Below are positions 39,217-48,680 of a stretch of DNA of 51,926 nucleotides, in pieces. Location: positions 1-51,926 of the forward strand of contig DDLT01000057.1 of the NCBI GenBank assembly GCA_002340265.1, given 5' to 3'. The notes under the pieces are model-generated. The model ran no database searches. It saw nothing but the letters and a program-made list of their open reading frames with translations, and was not told where the DNA came from. This stretch comes from Lentisphaeria bacterium UBA2565 (GTDB lineage: Bacteria > Verrucomicrobiota > Lentisphaeria > UBA2565). The position numbers and the translations under genes were made by a program. How positions within the stretch are numbered: position 1 is the stretch's first letter; every line of letters starts with the position of its first letter.

Positions 39217-39464
39217 GTTGCTTGAATTTTATGTGCCAGTATAATATAAATTAGTAATGTGTTTCGGTAGATTACGATTATATAGCCTACCCCTTTTTTA
39301 GAAGGATGCCCCTTTTTTTTCTTTTGACAAAGTTCGTTCTCTTTAGCGTGTACTCCCGCTAAAAGTCTGACTCTATTGGTCTTGAATAAGTGTTTGTTTA
39401 AAAGATATTATGCTGTATGATGGATAAAAATTTGTTTTATTAAAAAGAATTTTCAAGTATCTGA

Positions 39465-39495
39465 AAGGCAGTCCGCAAGGGCTGCCTTTTTTTTT
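39465..39495 (+). terminator. Orphan intrinsic terminator (GNRA-looped hairpin plus T9), about 250 nt past the nearest upstream stop
   Basis: AAGGCAGTCC-gcaa-GGGCTGCCTT followed by a long T-run. No ORF ends nearby. Confidence 0.65.
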
Positions 39496-39663
39496 GAAGT
39501 CAATAGCTTTCGAAAAGTGTTTGTTAGTTTTCTGTTACAATTATTGTTTATGACTCAATCCTTTTTGTTGTTGCTATTGAAAAAGTTATAACTTTGGCTA
39601 TGTTTGAATTCTCAGAAATAATACATTTTTTTAATTTGAACTAAAAAAACAAAAAAGGTGATT

Positions 39664-40101
39664 GAAATGAAAGGCTTGTTTGTCTGCGCGTGCTTGTCAG
39701 TCCTTGCATTTATTTTGATTCGTGATTTACAGAGTGTCTCTTTTGAGATGGATAAGGTGGATGAACGCTTTGCTCAACTTGAACAACCTTTCATGCAAAT
39801 TAAGCTTTATGAAGGCAAAGATGGTGAGACGGCTTCTGTTAAAATTATTGATAAAGCTGGACGAAAGGCTTTTGTACAGTTGAAAAATCCTATGGAACTT
39901 CTTCACCCTAGAAAGCTGTTTATCAGCATCAATAAGAGACCGGTTAAGAAGATCGAAGAGACTCGCAAGATGCTTGAAGCGCTTTTCATTCGTTATGGTA
40001 AAACGGATAAGGAACTTCTTAAAGGACTGAAATATGTGAGAACACCTTCACGTTATTACGTGAATCTTGCATACGATAAAGTAGTGCAATTTGCTAACTA
40101 G
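39664..40101 (+). CDS. Small exported hypothetical protein
   Basis: MKGLFVCACLSVLAFILI signal-like N-terminus. No family recognised. Overlaps the convergent DUF2851 gene by 8 nt. Confidence 0.5.
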   Translation, partial: EMKGLFVCACLSVLAFILIRDLQSVSFEMDKVDERFAQLEQPFMQIKLYEGKDGETASVKIIDKAGRKAFVQLKNPMELLHPRKLFISINKRPVKKIEETRKMLEALFIRYGKTDKELLKGLKYVRTPSRYYVNLAYDKVVQFAN

Positions 40102-41512
40102 AAAGCAGTAGCTTTACTAGCGGATGATGAGGCGAAAGGTTATTGATATCTTTCGTCTCTTTTATTAACTTGATCATACCTTGCTGAACTCCGTTGTTTT
40201 TCATTATCTCTTTGGCACGGGCTGTTGGAATCAGAAACCTGTTCACGGCTTCTTTTATCAGGTGATTGTTTTGCAATGTTGGAAGGTTTATAAAACCTTC
40301 ACAAGCTTTGGCATTCTTCGATTCGTTCAAAGCGGCTGTAAATGGTAAAAGAATATTGGCGATGATCTCACGTTTACGGCTTTCTCCAAGCAGAGCTGTC
40401 GGACTTTTGGTTTTAGTTTTAAAACTTGTCAACGATTCCCAAATCTCATTCTTGATTTGAAGCACCTCTTCAAAATTTTTCACTAAATCTGAGTCGCTTT
40501 CACTCAGTCTAATTATCTGATCTATTATTGACTCCGGTGGAGCTGTCAGTTCCGCTAGCGCAGCTAGTCGTCGTTCAGGAGAGTTAAACGGTCTGCCGCG
40601 TCTGACCCACTTAAATTCAGGCAAGTTATCAACCCGTTTATCCCACCACTTTTCCCAAAGGTTTTTTATATATCCTTTCAATTCCGGTAAAATCGCTTCA
40701 GATGTGTAGTCTGGTAAAAGTCCGGAAGTTCCGAAAATTACAGCAAAGATATCACCTTTTGAAGAGAATTTTTTAATTGCTTTGTAGTTTAGAAATGTAG
40801 TCAGCGCGTTGAACGGTTCGCGGTTGTTTTTATAACCAAGCGCATCTGCAATCCCTTGATAAAGAGCTTGCTCTCGTCCGACTTTGATGATGTGTCGCTT
40901 GAAGGTATTCACTTTTTCTTCGAATCTGATAATTGCTGCGGCAGTGAAAAAGTTTTGGAGATCTTTGTTTGATTTAACAACGAGATATGGCGCAAGCGGG
41001 CAGGGCGGAAATTTCATTCCATCGGGATAATAAATCCAGTCAAATGAACTGACTTGTTCAAGGCTTTCCTGGTCCAGTTGGTTTTTCAGACAAACTGTAG
41101 GAATATGTTCGGGAAACACAAGAGACTCTTCCCAAATCACATGAAGAATGACATTGTCAAACTCTGGATTATTTTCATGTTTGTGATTATACCAATCTGC
41201 AGCTTTTAGATGAAGCTCTATATCTCCTTGTTTTGTAGTTTCCACATCATTGTTTATGAATGTCACTTTACCGTCTTTGAAGTCCGGACCAGACTCATCG
41301 TTCCAAGTTCCAGAATAATCTATTCGAACCTGTCTGTTGTCAAGAGTCGTAAAAATTCTGTTCTGCGCCTTTTCATTCCACACTGCCTGAATGAATACTT
41401 CTTTTAAATTGTCATTAAATTCCTCTTCGCGCACTTCCAGATTTTGCCCTGACTTCAGCTGTTGAAAAAGAGTTCTAAGTTTGTTGATTTCAGATAAAAA
41501 AGGTTGGTTCAT
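40094..41512 (-). CDS. DUF2851 family protein
   Basis: WNDESGPDFKDGKV...GDIELHLKAADWYNHKHENNPEFDNVILHVIWEE matches the DUF2851 core (GPDF...G.vEiH...SdW..H.H..D..YdnVILHVV). Confidence 0.75.
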   Translation of the reverse strand: MNQPFLSEINKLRTLFQQLKSGQNLEVREEEFNDNLKEVFIQAVWNEKAQNRIFTTLDNRQVRIDYSGTWNDESGPDFKDGKVTFINNDVETTKQGDIELHLKAADWYNHKHENNPEFDNVILHVIWEESLVFPEHIPTVCLKNQLDQESLEQVSSFDWIYYPDGMKFPPCPLAPYLVVKSNKDLQNFFTAAAIIRFEEKVNTFKRHIIKVGREQALYQGIADALGYKNNREPFNALTTFLNYKAIKKFSSKGDIFAVIFGTSGLLPDYTSEAILPELKGYIKNLWEKWWDKRVDNLPEFKWVRRGRPFNSPERRLAALAELTAPPESIIDQIIRLSESDSDLVKNFEEVLQIKNEIWESLTSFKTKTKSPTALLGESRKREIIANILLPFTAALNESKNAKACEGFINLPTLQNNHLIKEAVNRFLIPTARAKEIMKNNGVQQGMIKLIKETKDINNLSPHHPLVKLLLSS

Positions 41513-41693
41513 GGCATCCCCCTAACAATTCTCAAATAGTTCATCATGCGGAACTTTTAGGTAATCTAATTGGGTTTATAAAAAAAATCTTACAAGAATG
41601 TTCAAAAAAACTGAAATATCTATTTTTATGCCCTTGTTTTTTGTTCAAATTCTTACTATTTGTAGTTCAAGTTATAGTTAATTTGAGGAAGCG

Positions 41694-41972
41694 ATGAAAT
41701 ACCTATTTTTTATACCATTTATTACACTTTTTATTCTGCTGTCGTTTTCGGCTTTGTCGGAGTACAATCGCTATTGCGGTGCCGTATCCGAATACAAAGA
41801 AGTCGATTGTGAACTTGCGGAACTTGATAGCGAGTGTAATAAAATCAAACAGCTGATTCGCGACTTGAAGGAAAATCCACGTGCGGTTGAACGCGTGGCC
41901 CGCGAAGACTTCGGCTGGTGCCGTGAAGGCGAGAAGATTTATAATTTCTCTTCTCCATCTCAGTGGCAATAA
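41694..41972 (+). CDS. ftsB: Septum formation initiator (FtsB/DivIC family)
   Basis: N-terminal TM, coiled coil, and C-terminal NPRAVERVAREDFGWCREGEKIY, typical of FtsB. Confidence 0.7.
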   Translation: MKYLFFIPFITLFILLSFSALSEYNRYCGAVSEYKEVDCELAELDSECNKIKQLIRDLKENPRAVERVAREDFGWCREGEKIYNFSSPSQWQ

Positions 41973-42037
41973 TTCCTCCTATACTACCGAGCGTGGTAGC
42001 TTCCTCCCTTTTTTACAGTTTAACAGGATATGATATT

Positions 42038-43876
42038 GTGGCAGATAACAAGGCGCACGCATATACAGATGATAAAATCCAGACGCTGAGTGCGTTGGAG
42101 CACATTAAACTTCGTCCCGGAATGTATATCGGGCGAATGGGTAATGGCTCCCATCCGGATGATGGTATTTACGTTCTTTTAAAAGAGATTATTGATAATA
42201 GTATTGATGAGTTTGTGATGGGCTACGGACGCAAGGTCGAAATTGCCATCACTGATGACCGTGAAGTACGAATTCGTGACTTCGGACGCGGAATTCCCCA
42301 GGGAAAACTTGTGGATTGTGTATCGATTATCAATACTGGTGCGAAATATAACAGCGATGTATTCCAGTTTTCCGTTGGTCTTAACGGTGTGGGTACAAAG
42401 GCGGTTAATGCATTGTCCGACTCTTTTATCGCAATTTCTTATCGTGAAGGAAAATATAAAAAGGTGACATTTGCCGATGGTGAACTTCTCTCGGAAGAGG
42501 AGGGCGCGACTGATCAGGAAAATGGAACTGAAATTATCTTTATTCCAGCCGAACAGCATTTCCCTAAATTTAAGTATGACCTTAAGTTTGTCCGCCGCAA
42601 ACTGTGGAACTACGCCTATTTGAACAGTGGTTTGAGTCTTATTTTTGAAGGCGAAAAGTTCTTCTCTAGAAATGGACTTCTTGATCTGATTAACGAAAAG
42701 GTCGGAGGTGAATCACAGTACGATGCGATTTACTTTAAGGATCAGACGCTCGAATTTTCTCTCACGCACACCTCAAACTTCGGGGAAAGTTACTACTCTT
42801 TTGTAAATGGTCAGTATACTAATGACGGTGGAACGCACCAGTCGGCTTTCCGTGAAGGGGTTTTGAAAGGTATCAACGAATATGCCGGGAAAAACTATAA
42901 CGGTGACGATGTACGTAATGGCTGTTTTGGTGCGGTTGCGGTAAAATTGAAAGAACCGATTTTTGAATCTCAAACTAAGAACAAGCTTGGAAATACGGAG
43001 ATTCGTTCTGAAATTGTTCAGAAGGTAAAACAGGTCATTGTTGAATATCTTTATAAAAACACGGATATTGCAGAAGTTCTGATTGCGAAAGTGGTTCAGA
43101 ATGAGAAAATTCGTAAAGAGATTCAGGATATTAAGAAGAAAGCGAAGGGAACTGCCAAGAAAGCGGCAATTAAGATTCCGAAGCTTCGCGATTGTAAATA
43201 TCACCGTACAGATTCGGCAGAAAAGAAGAAACGTGCGGCTCGTAAAGGTAAGAAGACCGGCGACGATTCTATGATTTTTATTACAGAGGGACAGTCGGCT
43301 TCCGGTTCTATGGTAAGTTGTCGAAACCCATTGAATCAGGCAATTTTCTCTCTGAAGGGTAAACCGCTGAATAGTTGGGGTAAGAAACGCGACCTGATTT
43401 ATAAGAATGAAGAGTTGTATTACATCACACAGGCATTGAATATTGAAGATAGCATGGATGATCTTCGTTATGAAAAAGTGGTTATTGCAACCGATGCCGA
43501 TGTTGACGGTCTTCATATTCGAAACCTTCTAATCACCTTCTTTTTACACTATTTTGAACAGCTGATTCTTTCTGAACATGTCTTTATTCTCGAAACGCCG
43601 CTTTTCAGGGTTCGAAACAAGAAAGAGACAATTTACTGTTACGATGAAGATGAGAAAGAAGAGGCTATTGCCAAACTTGGTAAAACACATGAAATTACCC
43701 GATTTAAGGGACTTGGTGAGATTTCTCCGAAAGAGTTTGGTCAATTTATCGGCGAAGATATTCGTATTGCACCTGTGACAGTTGAGAACATTGCGGAAAT
43801 TCCTGGACTTCTCGATTTCTACATGGGACAGAATACGCCTGACAGAAAAAAATATATAATGAACAACCTGATTTAA
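42038..43876 (+). CDS. parE: Type IIA topoisomerase subunit B (topoisomerase IV ParE-like)
   Basis: LEHIKLRPGMYIG, EIIDNSIDE, Toprim EGQSASGS and IATDADVDGLHI. Shorter than gyrB. Start is uncertain: GTG 42038 preferred over GTG 41963, which overlaps ftsB. Confidence 0.85.
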   Translation: MADNKAHAYTDDKIQTLSALEHIKLRPGMYIGRMGNGSHPDDGIYVLLKEIIDNSIDEFVMGYGRKVEIAITDDREVRIRDFGRGIPQGKLVDCVSIINTGAKYNSDVFQFSVGLNGVGTKAVNALSDSFIAISYREGKYKKVTFADGELLSEEEGATDQENGTEIIFIPAEQHFPKFKYDLKFVRRKLWNYAYLNSGLSLIFEGEKFFSRNGLLDLINEKVGGESQYDAIYFKDQTLEFSLTHTSNFGESYYSFVNGQYTNDGGTHQSAFREGVLKGINEYAGKNYNGDDVRNGCFGAVAVKLKEPIFESQTKNKLGNTEIRSEIVQKVKQVIVEYLYKNTDIAEVLIAKVVQNEKIRKEIQDIKKKAKGTAKKAAIKIPKLRDCKYHRTDSAEKKKRAARKGKKTGDDSMIFITEGQSASGSMVSCRNPLNQAIFSLKGKPLNSWGKKRDLIYKNEELYYITQALNIEDSMDDLRYEKVVIATDADVDGLHIRNLLITFFLHYFEQLILSEHVFILETPLFRVRNKKETIYCYDEDEKEEAIAKLGKTHEITRFKGLGEISPKEFGQFIGEDIRIAPVTVENIAEIPGLLDFYMGQNTPDRKKYIMNNLI

Positions 43877-43879
43877 AAT

Positions 43880-46336
43880 ATGAGTGACGAAGTTAACAAT
43901 GGTGAAGAGGTAGTGGAGTTGGCTGCTCACGAGAGCGGCCGTTCTGATATTCATGAGATGATGGATCGTCATTTTCTTGAATATGCGTCTTATGTGATTA
44001 AAGATAGGGCGATTCCGGATATTAATGACGGTTTAAAACCTGTACAGCGCCGAATACTTCATTCGTTGAATAAGATGGATGACGGTAAATTTCACAAGGT
44101 GGCGAATGTCATTGGTCATACGATGCAGTATCATCCGCATGGTGATGCGTCGATTGGTTCTGCTCTGGTAAACCTTGCCAATAAAGAGTTTTTCATCGAG
44201 AAACAGGGAAACTTCGGTAACATCATGACAGGAGACGTGGCATCGGCTCCGCGTTATATCGAATGTCGTCTGACACCGCTTGCCAGAGAGGTTCTGTTTA
44301 ACAAAGAGCTTACCGATTTTGTCGAATCCTACGACGGTCGTAACCTTGAACCGATTACACTTCCTTGTAAACTTCCGGCGCTTCTTATGCAGGGTGCAGA
44401 AGGTATTGCGGTTGGTATGGCAACCAAAATTATGCCGCACAACTTCAACGAACTTTTAAATGCTCAGATTGCGATTATTCGTGGCGAGGCTTTTGAACTT
44501 TACCCTGACTTCCTTCAGGGCGGAATTATGGATGTATCCGATTACCAAGATGGCAACGGGAAACTGAAAGTTCGTGCAAAAATCGAAAAATCCAAAGAGT
44601 CGACCAAAGCACTTCTTATTAAAGAAATTCCTCCTACAACTACTACAGAATCTGTGATTCACTCTATCGAAGAGGCGACGCGAAAGAACAAGATTAAAGT
44701 CTCTTCTATTCATGATTATACGGCTGAAAATGTCGAGATTGAGGTGATTCTTCAGCGTGGTGTAAATGTGGATAAAGCAATCATGGCGCTTTACGCCTAC
44801 ACCGATTGTGAAGTGTCGATTTCACCGAACTTGATGTTGATTAAGGACAACCGACCTGTCAAAATGTCGGTGACAGAAGTGCTTAAGTACAACACGGAAA
44901 TGTTGGTTGCGGTTCTGAAAAAAGAGCTGGAGATTGAGCTTGGTAAATTGGAAGATCAGTTCCATGCCAAAACTCTTGAACAGATCTTTATTGAACATCG
45001 AATCTACAAACGCATTGAAGAGTGCGAGAACTATGAAGATGTAATTTCCGCAGTTGATGAAGGTTTGAAACCGTTTGCGCATCTATTGAAACGTGAAGTG
45101 ATAACTGCTGATATTGAACGACTTTTAGAGATTCGTATTAAGCGTATTTCCCGCTTTGATATTAACAAGAACCGAAAAGATATCGAAGAAATTATCGCGA
45201 AGATTGATGAAGTTGTCGGTCACCTCTGTAATCTGAAGAAATACACAATCAACTTCATTAAATCGATTCTGAAAAAATACGGTGAGAAATATCCGCGTCG
45301 TACTTCAATGGAACGCTTTAAACAGATTGATGTGAAAAAAGTGGCGCTTCGTAATGTGAAAGTCGGCTATGATCGTAGTAGCGGAATGCTGGGAACAGCA
45401 GTGAAAAGTGAAGAAACTCTTGCATGTACCGAGTTTGACCGTTTGGTGCTATTCTCCAAAAAAGATGGAATCTGTAAGATTATTCCGATTCAGGACAAAC
45501 TTTATATCGGTAAAGGTGTCGAAGTCTTCAAAGCCGATAAAAATCAGATCTATAGCATGATTTATCGCGATAAGAAAAGTGATGCAGTTTACGCAAAACG
45601 TTTCCGAGTTTCGAAATATATCATGGAAAAAGAATACAATGCGATTCCGAAAGGTTGTCGAATTGACCGCATTTATATCAATGCAGGTGTGGTTGTACGC
45701 TGCGAATTTGAACCTGCAAAACGTCAGCAGATTACCTCATGTGACATTGTATTTGATGATATCACAATGCGTTCTCTGACAGCTCGTGGTTTTAAAATTA
45801 CCGACAAGAAGGTGAAGAAATATACACTTCTTGAACGTGACAATGAGGCGGCTGTGCATCAGGAAGTGAAGGATGACAAACCGACAAGTTCTGAAACTGA
45901 AGAAGTGGAAGAAACAAAAGCGGTTGTTCCGAAACTTAACCGTGAATTGAATCGCATGTTTGCAGATTCAAAAGAGATGTATAAGAACCGTTCGTTCAAC
46001 GGGGAAGTCGTTCCAGAAGCGGAAGTGGTCGAAGAAGAGATTGTTGAGCCAGTCGAACCAATTGAGAAAGCTGAAACCGCTGAAAAAGCGGAATCAATCG
46101 AATCCGTTGAATCAATCGAAGAAGTTGATGAAAAAGCCGAATTAATTGAGCCTGTTGAGAAGGCTGAGCCTGTCGAATCAATTGAAGACGTTGATGAAAA
46201 AATCGAAGAACCAGAAGCTACAGAAGAACCTGAGAAACCTAAAAAATCTACAGGTTACCGCGAACTGTCGCTTGAAGAACGTGCCAAACGCTTTAAAATT
46301 GATGAAAGCACTCCATTTTCTCTAGAAATGGATTAG
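43880..46336 (+). CDS. parC: Type IIA topoisomerase subunit A (topoisomerase IV ParC-like) with a long acidic repeat tail
   Basis: Active-site SAPRYIECRL and MQYHPHGDASIGSAL. No GyrA-box. C-terminal Glu/Pro/Val/Ile repeat tail. Confidence 0.85.
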   Translation: MSDEVNNGEEVVELAAHESGRSDIHEMMDRHFLEYASYVIKDRAIPDINDGLKPVQRRILHSLNKMDDGKFHKVANVIGHTMQYHPHGDASIGSALVNLANKEFFIEKQGNFGNIMTGDVASAPRYIECRLTPLAREVLFNKELTDFVESYDGRNLEPITLPCKLPALLMQGAEGIAVGMATKIMPHNFNELLNAQIAIIRGEAFELYPDFLQGGIMDVSDYQDGNGKLKVRAKIEKSKESTKALLIKEIPPTTTTESVIHSIEEATRKNKIKVSSIHDYTAENVEIEVILQRGVNVDKAIMALYAYTDCEVSISPNLMLIKDNRPVKMSVTEVLKYNTEMLVAVLKKELEIELGKLEDQFHAKTLEQIFIEHRIYKRIEECENYEDVISAVDEGLKPFAHLLKREVITADIERLLEIRIKRISRFDINKNRKDIEEIIAKIDEVVGHLCNLKKYTINFIKSILKKYGEKYPRRTSMERFKQIDVKKVALRNVKVGYDRSSGMLGTAVKSEETLACTEFDRLVLFSKKDGICKIIPIQDKLYIGKGVEVFKADKNQIYSMIYRDKKSDAVYAKRFRVSKYIMEKEYNAIPKGCRIDRIYINAGVVVRCEFEPAKRQQITSCDIVFDDITMRSLTARGFKITDKKVKKYTLLERDNEAAVHQEVKDDKPTSSETEEVEETKAVVPKLNRELNRMFADSKEMYKNRSFNGEVVPEAEVVEEEIVEPVEPIEKAETAEKAESIESVESIEEVDEKAELIEPVEKAEPVESIEDVDEKIEEPEATEEPEKPKKSTGYRELSLEERAKRFKIDESTPFSLEMD

Positions 46337-46371
46337 CAGTCAACAATTAAAAAATAGCGGAGAGCTTCTTC

Positions 46372-46962
46372 ATGAAATGTGATCTTTGCCACATCAACGA
46401 AGCAAGTATTACCATAAAAGGCGACGTGCCGGGCATCGGTTTTAAAGAACTGAACATCTGTACCAGTTGCGCCGCCAAACAGGGCTTTGATGCCCTCGAG
46501 AATATCGTCAAAGGCGTCGGCCTTACCAAACTTTTCGAATCCATGTCCGCCAATCCTGGAGAGAAACTCGCTTTGGACTTTGCCGAAGATGAGGCTGAAG
46601 TTTACGAAGATGGACTGCAGACAGTTTGCGATAGCTGTGGGCACACTCTCAATGATCTAAAGAAATCAGGTAAATTCGGTTGCGTCGATTGTTATGACTC
46701 TTTTTCCGAAATCATCATGCAGGTTCTTGCCAATATGCACAAGGGCGTGATTCATATTCCGCGTGATAATCAGCGCGGCGCAATCAATGTCGAAGTGGCA
46801 AGCGTCGTCGAATTGACTCTGGAAATTTCCCGCAAGCAGAAAGACCTTCAAACTGCTATTAAAAGCGAACATTTTGAAAAAGCCGCACAGCTTCGTGATG
46901 AAATCAGCGAGCTACAGAAAAAACTTGATGACTGCATCAGCAATAATGAGGACGAAAAATGA
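46372..46962 (+). CDS. mcsA: McsA-like protein-arginine-kinase activator (zinc fingers plus UVR motif)
   Basis: N-terminal CDLC...CTSC and CDSC...CVDC pairs. C-terminal UVR-like LQTAIKSEHFEKAAQLRDEISELQKKL. Overlaps mcsB (ATGA). Confidence 0.75.
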   Translation: MKCDLCHINEASITIKGDVPGIGFKELNICTSCAAKQGFDALENIVKGVGLTKLFESMSANPGEKLALDFAEDEAEVYEDGLQTVCDSCGHTLNDLKKSGKFGCVDCYDSFSEIIMQVLANMHKGVIHIPRDNQRGAINVEVASVVELTLEISRKQKDLQTAIKSEHFEKAAQLRDEISELQKKLDDCISNNEDEK

Positions 46963-48035
46963 GTTCGTTTGTTGATGAATTAATCAAAAAAAATATTCCG
47001 TGGCTAAGTTCCGAATCCCAGAGTTCGCCGATTGCCATAAGTTCGCGAATCCGTTTTGCCCGAAATGTCACGGGTTATAATTTCCCGCCAAAACTGAATG
47101 ATGAAAACCGCAATGCGATTTACGAAATTGTCACGCATGCGGTCGAATCATGCCCAATTTTCAAAAACGCCCACCATTGCCAGATTAATGAACTGGAAGA
47201 ATTTGCCCGTGAAGTGCTTTTGGAACGTCATCTTATTAGTGCCGAGCACATGGTAAGTTCGGAAGCGGGCAGGGGAATCGTGGTGAGCGAAGACGAAAAC
47301 TTCAGCATTATGGTCAACGAAGATGATCATGTGCGACTTCAGGGGTTGCGTTCGGGACTTCAACTTCGCGAAATTCATGCCGATCTTCTGCAAATTGATG
47401 AAGCAATGGATAAAAAACTTCACTATGCGTATCGTGATGATATCGGTTATCTTTCTTCCTCTCCTATGAATGTGGGAACCGGAATGCGCGTGTCGGTGAT
47501 GTTGCATCTTCCCGGATTGGTTTACTCCAAACAGATTGATCAGGTGATTAATGCGTTGTCGAAAATGGGAATTATTGTCCGTGGAATTTTCGGTGAGGGA
47601 AGTACGGCGTTAGGTAACCTTTTCCAAATCTCAAACAATTCGACACTTGGCGAAAGCGAAGCGCAAATCGTTGATCGTCTGACAAAAGTGGTAAATCAAG
47701 TCATAATTCATGAAGAGAATGCAAGGCAAACTCTTTTAACTGTAAACGAAACTTTTACCTACGATTTAATCGGTCGCGCTTATGGCGTATTGAAACATGC
47801 CTACCTCTTAGATACAAGAGAGGCGTTGTCAAAACTGTCTGCATTGCGTTTAGGTGTTGATTTAGGAATCTTCGCATTTTTGACCACTGCAAAGGTGAAC
47901 GAACTCTTTGTCGCCACACAGCCGGGGCATCTTCAGATGTACGCTCAAAAAGCGTTGTCACCCGAAGACTGTGAAATCTTCCGAGCAAATCTAGTCCGAA
48001 ACAAACTCTCAGGAATGGGACTAGAACTGGACTAA
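46959..48035 (+). CDS. mcsB: Protein arginine kinase (ATP:guanido phosphotransferase)
   Basis: NEDDHVRLQ and SPMNVGTGMRVSVMLHLPGL motifs of the phosphagen-kinase fold. About 358 aa. Confidence 0.85.
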   Translation: MSSFVDELIKKNIPWLSSESQSSPIAISSRIRFARNVTGYNFPPKLNDENRNAIYEIVTHAVESCPIFKNAHHCQINELEEFAREVLLERHLISAEHMVSSEAGRGIVVSEDENFSIMVNEDDHVRLQGLRSGLQLREIHADLLQIDEAMDKKLHYAYRDDIGYLSSSPMNVGTGMRVSVMLHLPGLVYSKQIDQVINALSKMGIIVRGIFGEGSTALGNLFQISNNSTLGESEAQIVDRLTKVVNQVIIHEENARQTLLTVNETFTYDLIGRAYGVLKHAYLLDTREALSKLSALRLGVDLGIFAFLTTAKVNELFVATQPGHLQMYAQKALSPEDCEIFRANLVRNKLSGMGLELD

Positions 48036-48090
48036 TTTAGTTAGCAGTTAGTAGTAAACAGTTAGCAGTAAATTTAAACTTTAAATTTAA
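48036..48090. repeat. Heptad tract (TTTAGTT AGCAGTT AGTAGTA AACAGTT AGCAGTA AATTTAA ACTTTAA)
   Basis: AGT at 48039, 48046, 48053, 48060 and 48067, followed by A/T heptads. Confidence 0.7.
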
Positions 48091-48106
48091 TTATAGAGGG
48101 TGAATA

Positions 48107-48427
48107 ATGATTGGTGAGATTTTTAAACTATTTATTTTGATTTTTAATTTTGTGTTATTTCCAATATCCGTAATTTTAATCTTCAAGATTTTTGGTTACA
48201 CACAAAGATCCGAACAGGAAATAAAAGAGTTAAGTTCTGAAATTGATAAGTTGCGTAAAAGCATTGGCCTATTGGTTGCCGAGGCTGAATTCCCGGAAGA
48301 GTTTAAAGATAGAATGAAAAAGGTCTTAAAAAATATTGGTGAGGATTCTGCTTTTGCACTTATAAAAGAAGAGTTTTCTCTGGAAGATAGTCAAGTGAGA
48401 CTGGTTTTTGAAAAGATACTTGCCTGA
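48107..48427 (+). CDS. Small membrane-anchored hypothetical protein
   Basis: N-terminal TM (IFKLFILIFNFVLFPISVILIFKIF) followed by a charged helix. RBS GAGGG upstream. Confidence 0.5.
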   Translation: MIGEIFKLFILIFNFVLFPISVILIFKIFGYTQRSEQEIKELSSEIDKLRKSIGLLVAEAEFPEEFKDRMKKVLKNIGEDSAFALIKEEFSLEDSQVRLVFEKILA

Positions 48428-48480
48428 ACTGGAGAATTTGCTTTACTGCTCTTTAAAAGAAAGAGAGCAATAAAGCAATA

Positions 48481-48530
48481 AATAGCTAGTCAATCAAGCT
48501 AACAAACTAACTAACCAACTAAAACAACAT
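48481..48530. repeat. G-poor CTAAC/AACTA word tract (weakly periodic)
   Basis: caatcaagctaacaaactaactaaccaactaaaacaac. Opposite-sense vocabulary to 48036-48090, on the other side of the small gene. Confidence 0.45.
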
Positions 48531-48680
48531 TACTTCAGTTTGTCGATGTGTAAGAAATCCGACACTTCTCGGCGCTTCATCATCGGTTTTAATAGGTATA
48601 TGTATTGCGGTAAATCTTGTGGCGTATAGAAACTTTTATGGCTTTGTAAACTAATCTAAAAAATGATTGAATAATTTTAT

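Noticed and set aside
42773-43516. Long antisense or out-of-frame ORFs inside conserved genes: 42773..43516 (-), 14119..14586 (-), 15462..15890 (-), 12135..12816 (-), 46333..46644 (-), 43..456 (-), and the many 60-140 aa entries within gyrA, gyrB, parC and the LamG genes
   Set aside because: They lie opposite or out of frame to genes with unambiguous conserved motifs. They have low-complexity Phe/Ile/Asn/Lys-rich translations typical of AT-rich antisense frames, and they lack RBSs.
48036-48530. Inverted-repeat bracketing of the small gene 48107..48427, analogous to leuD and the sigma gene
   Set aside because: The two flanks use opposite-sense vocabularies (TAGTT versus AACTA words). However, I could not obtain a gap-free alignment better than expected for such low-complexity sequence, so it is reported only as weak support.
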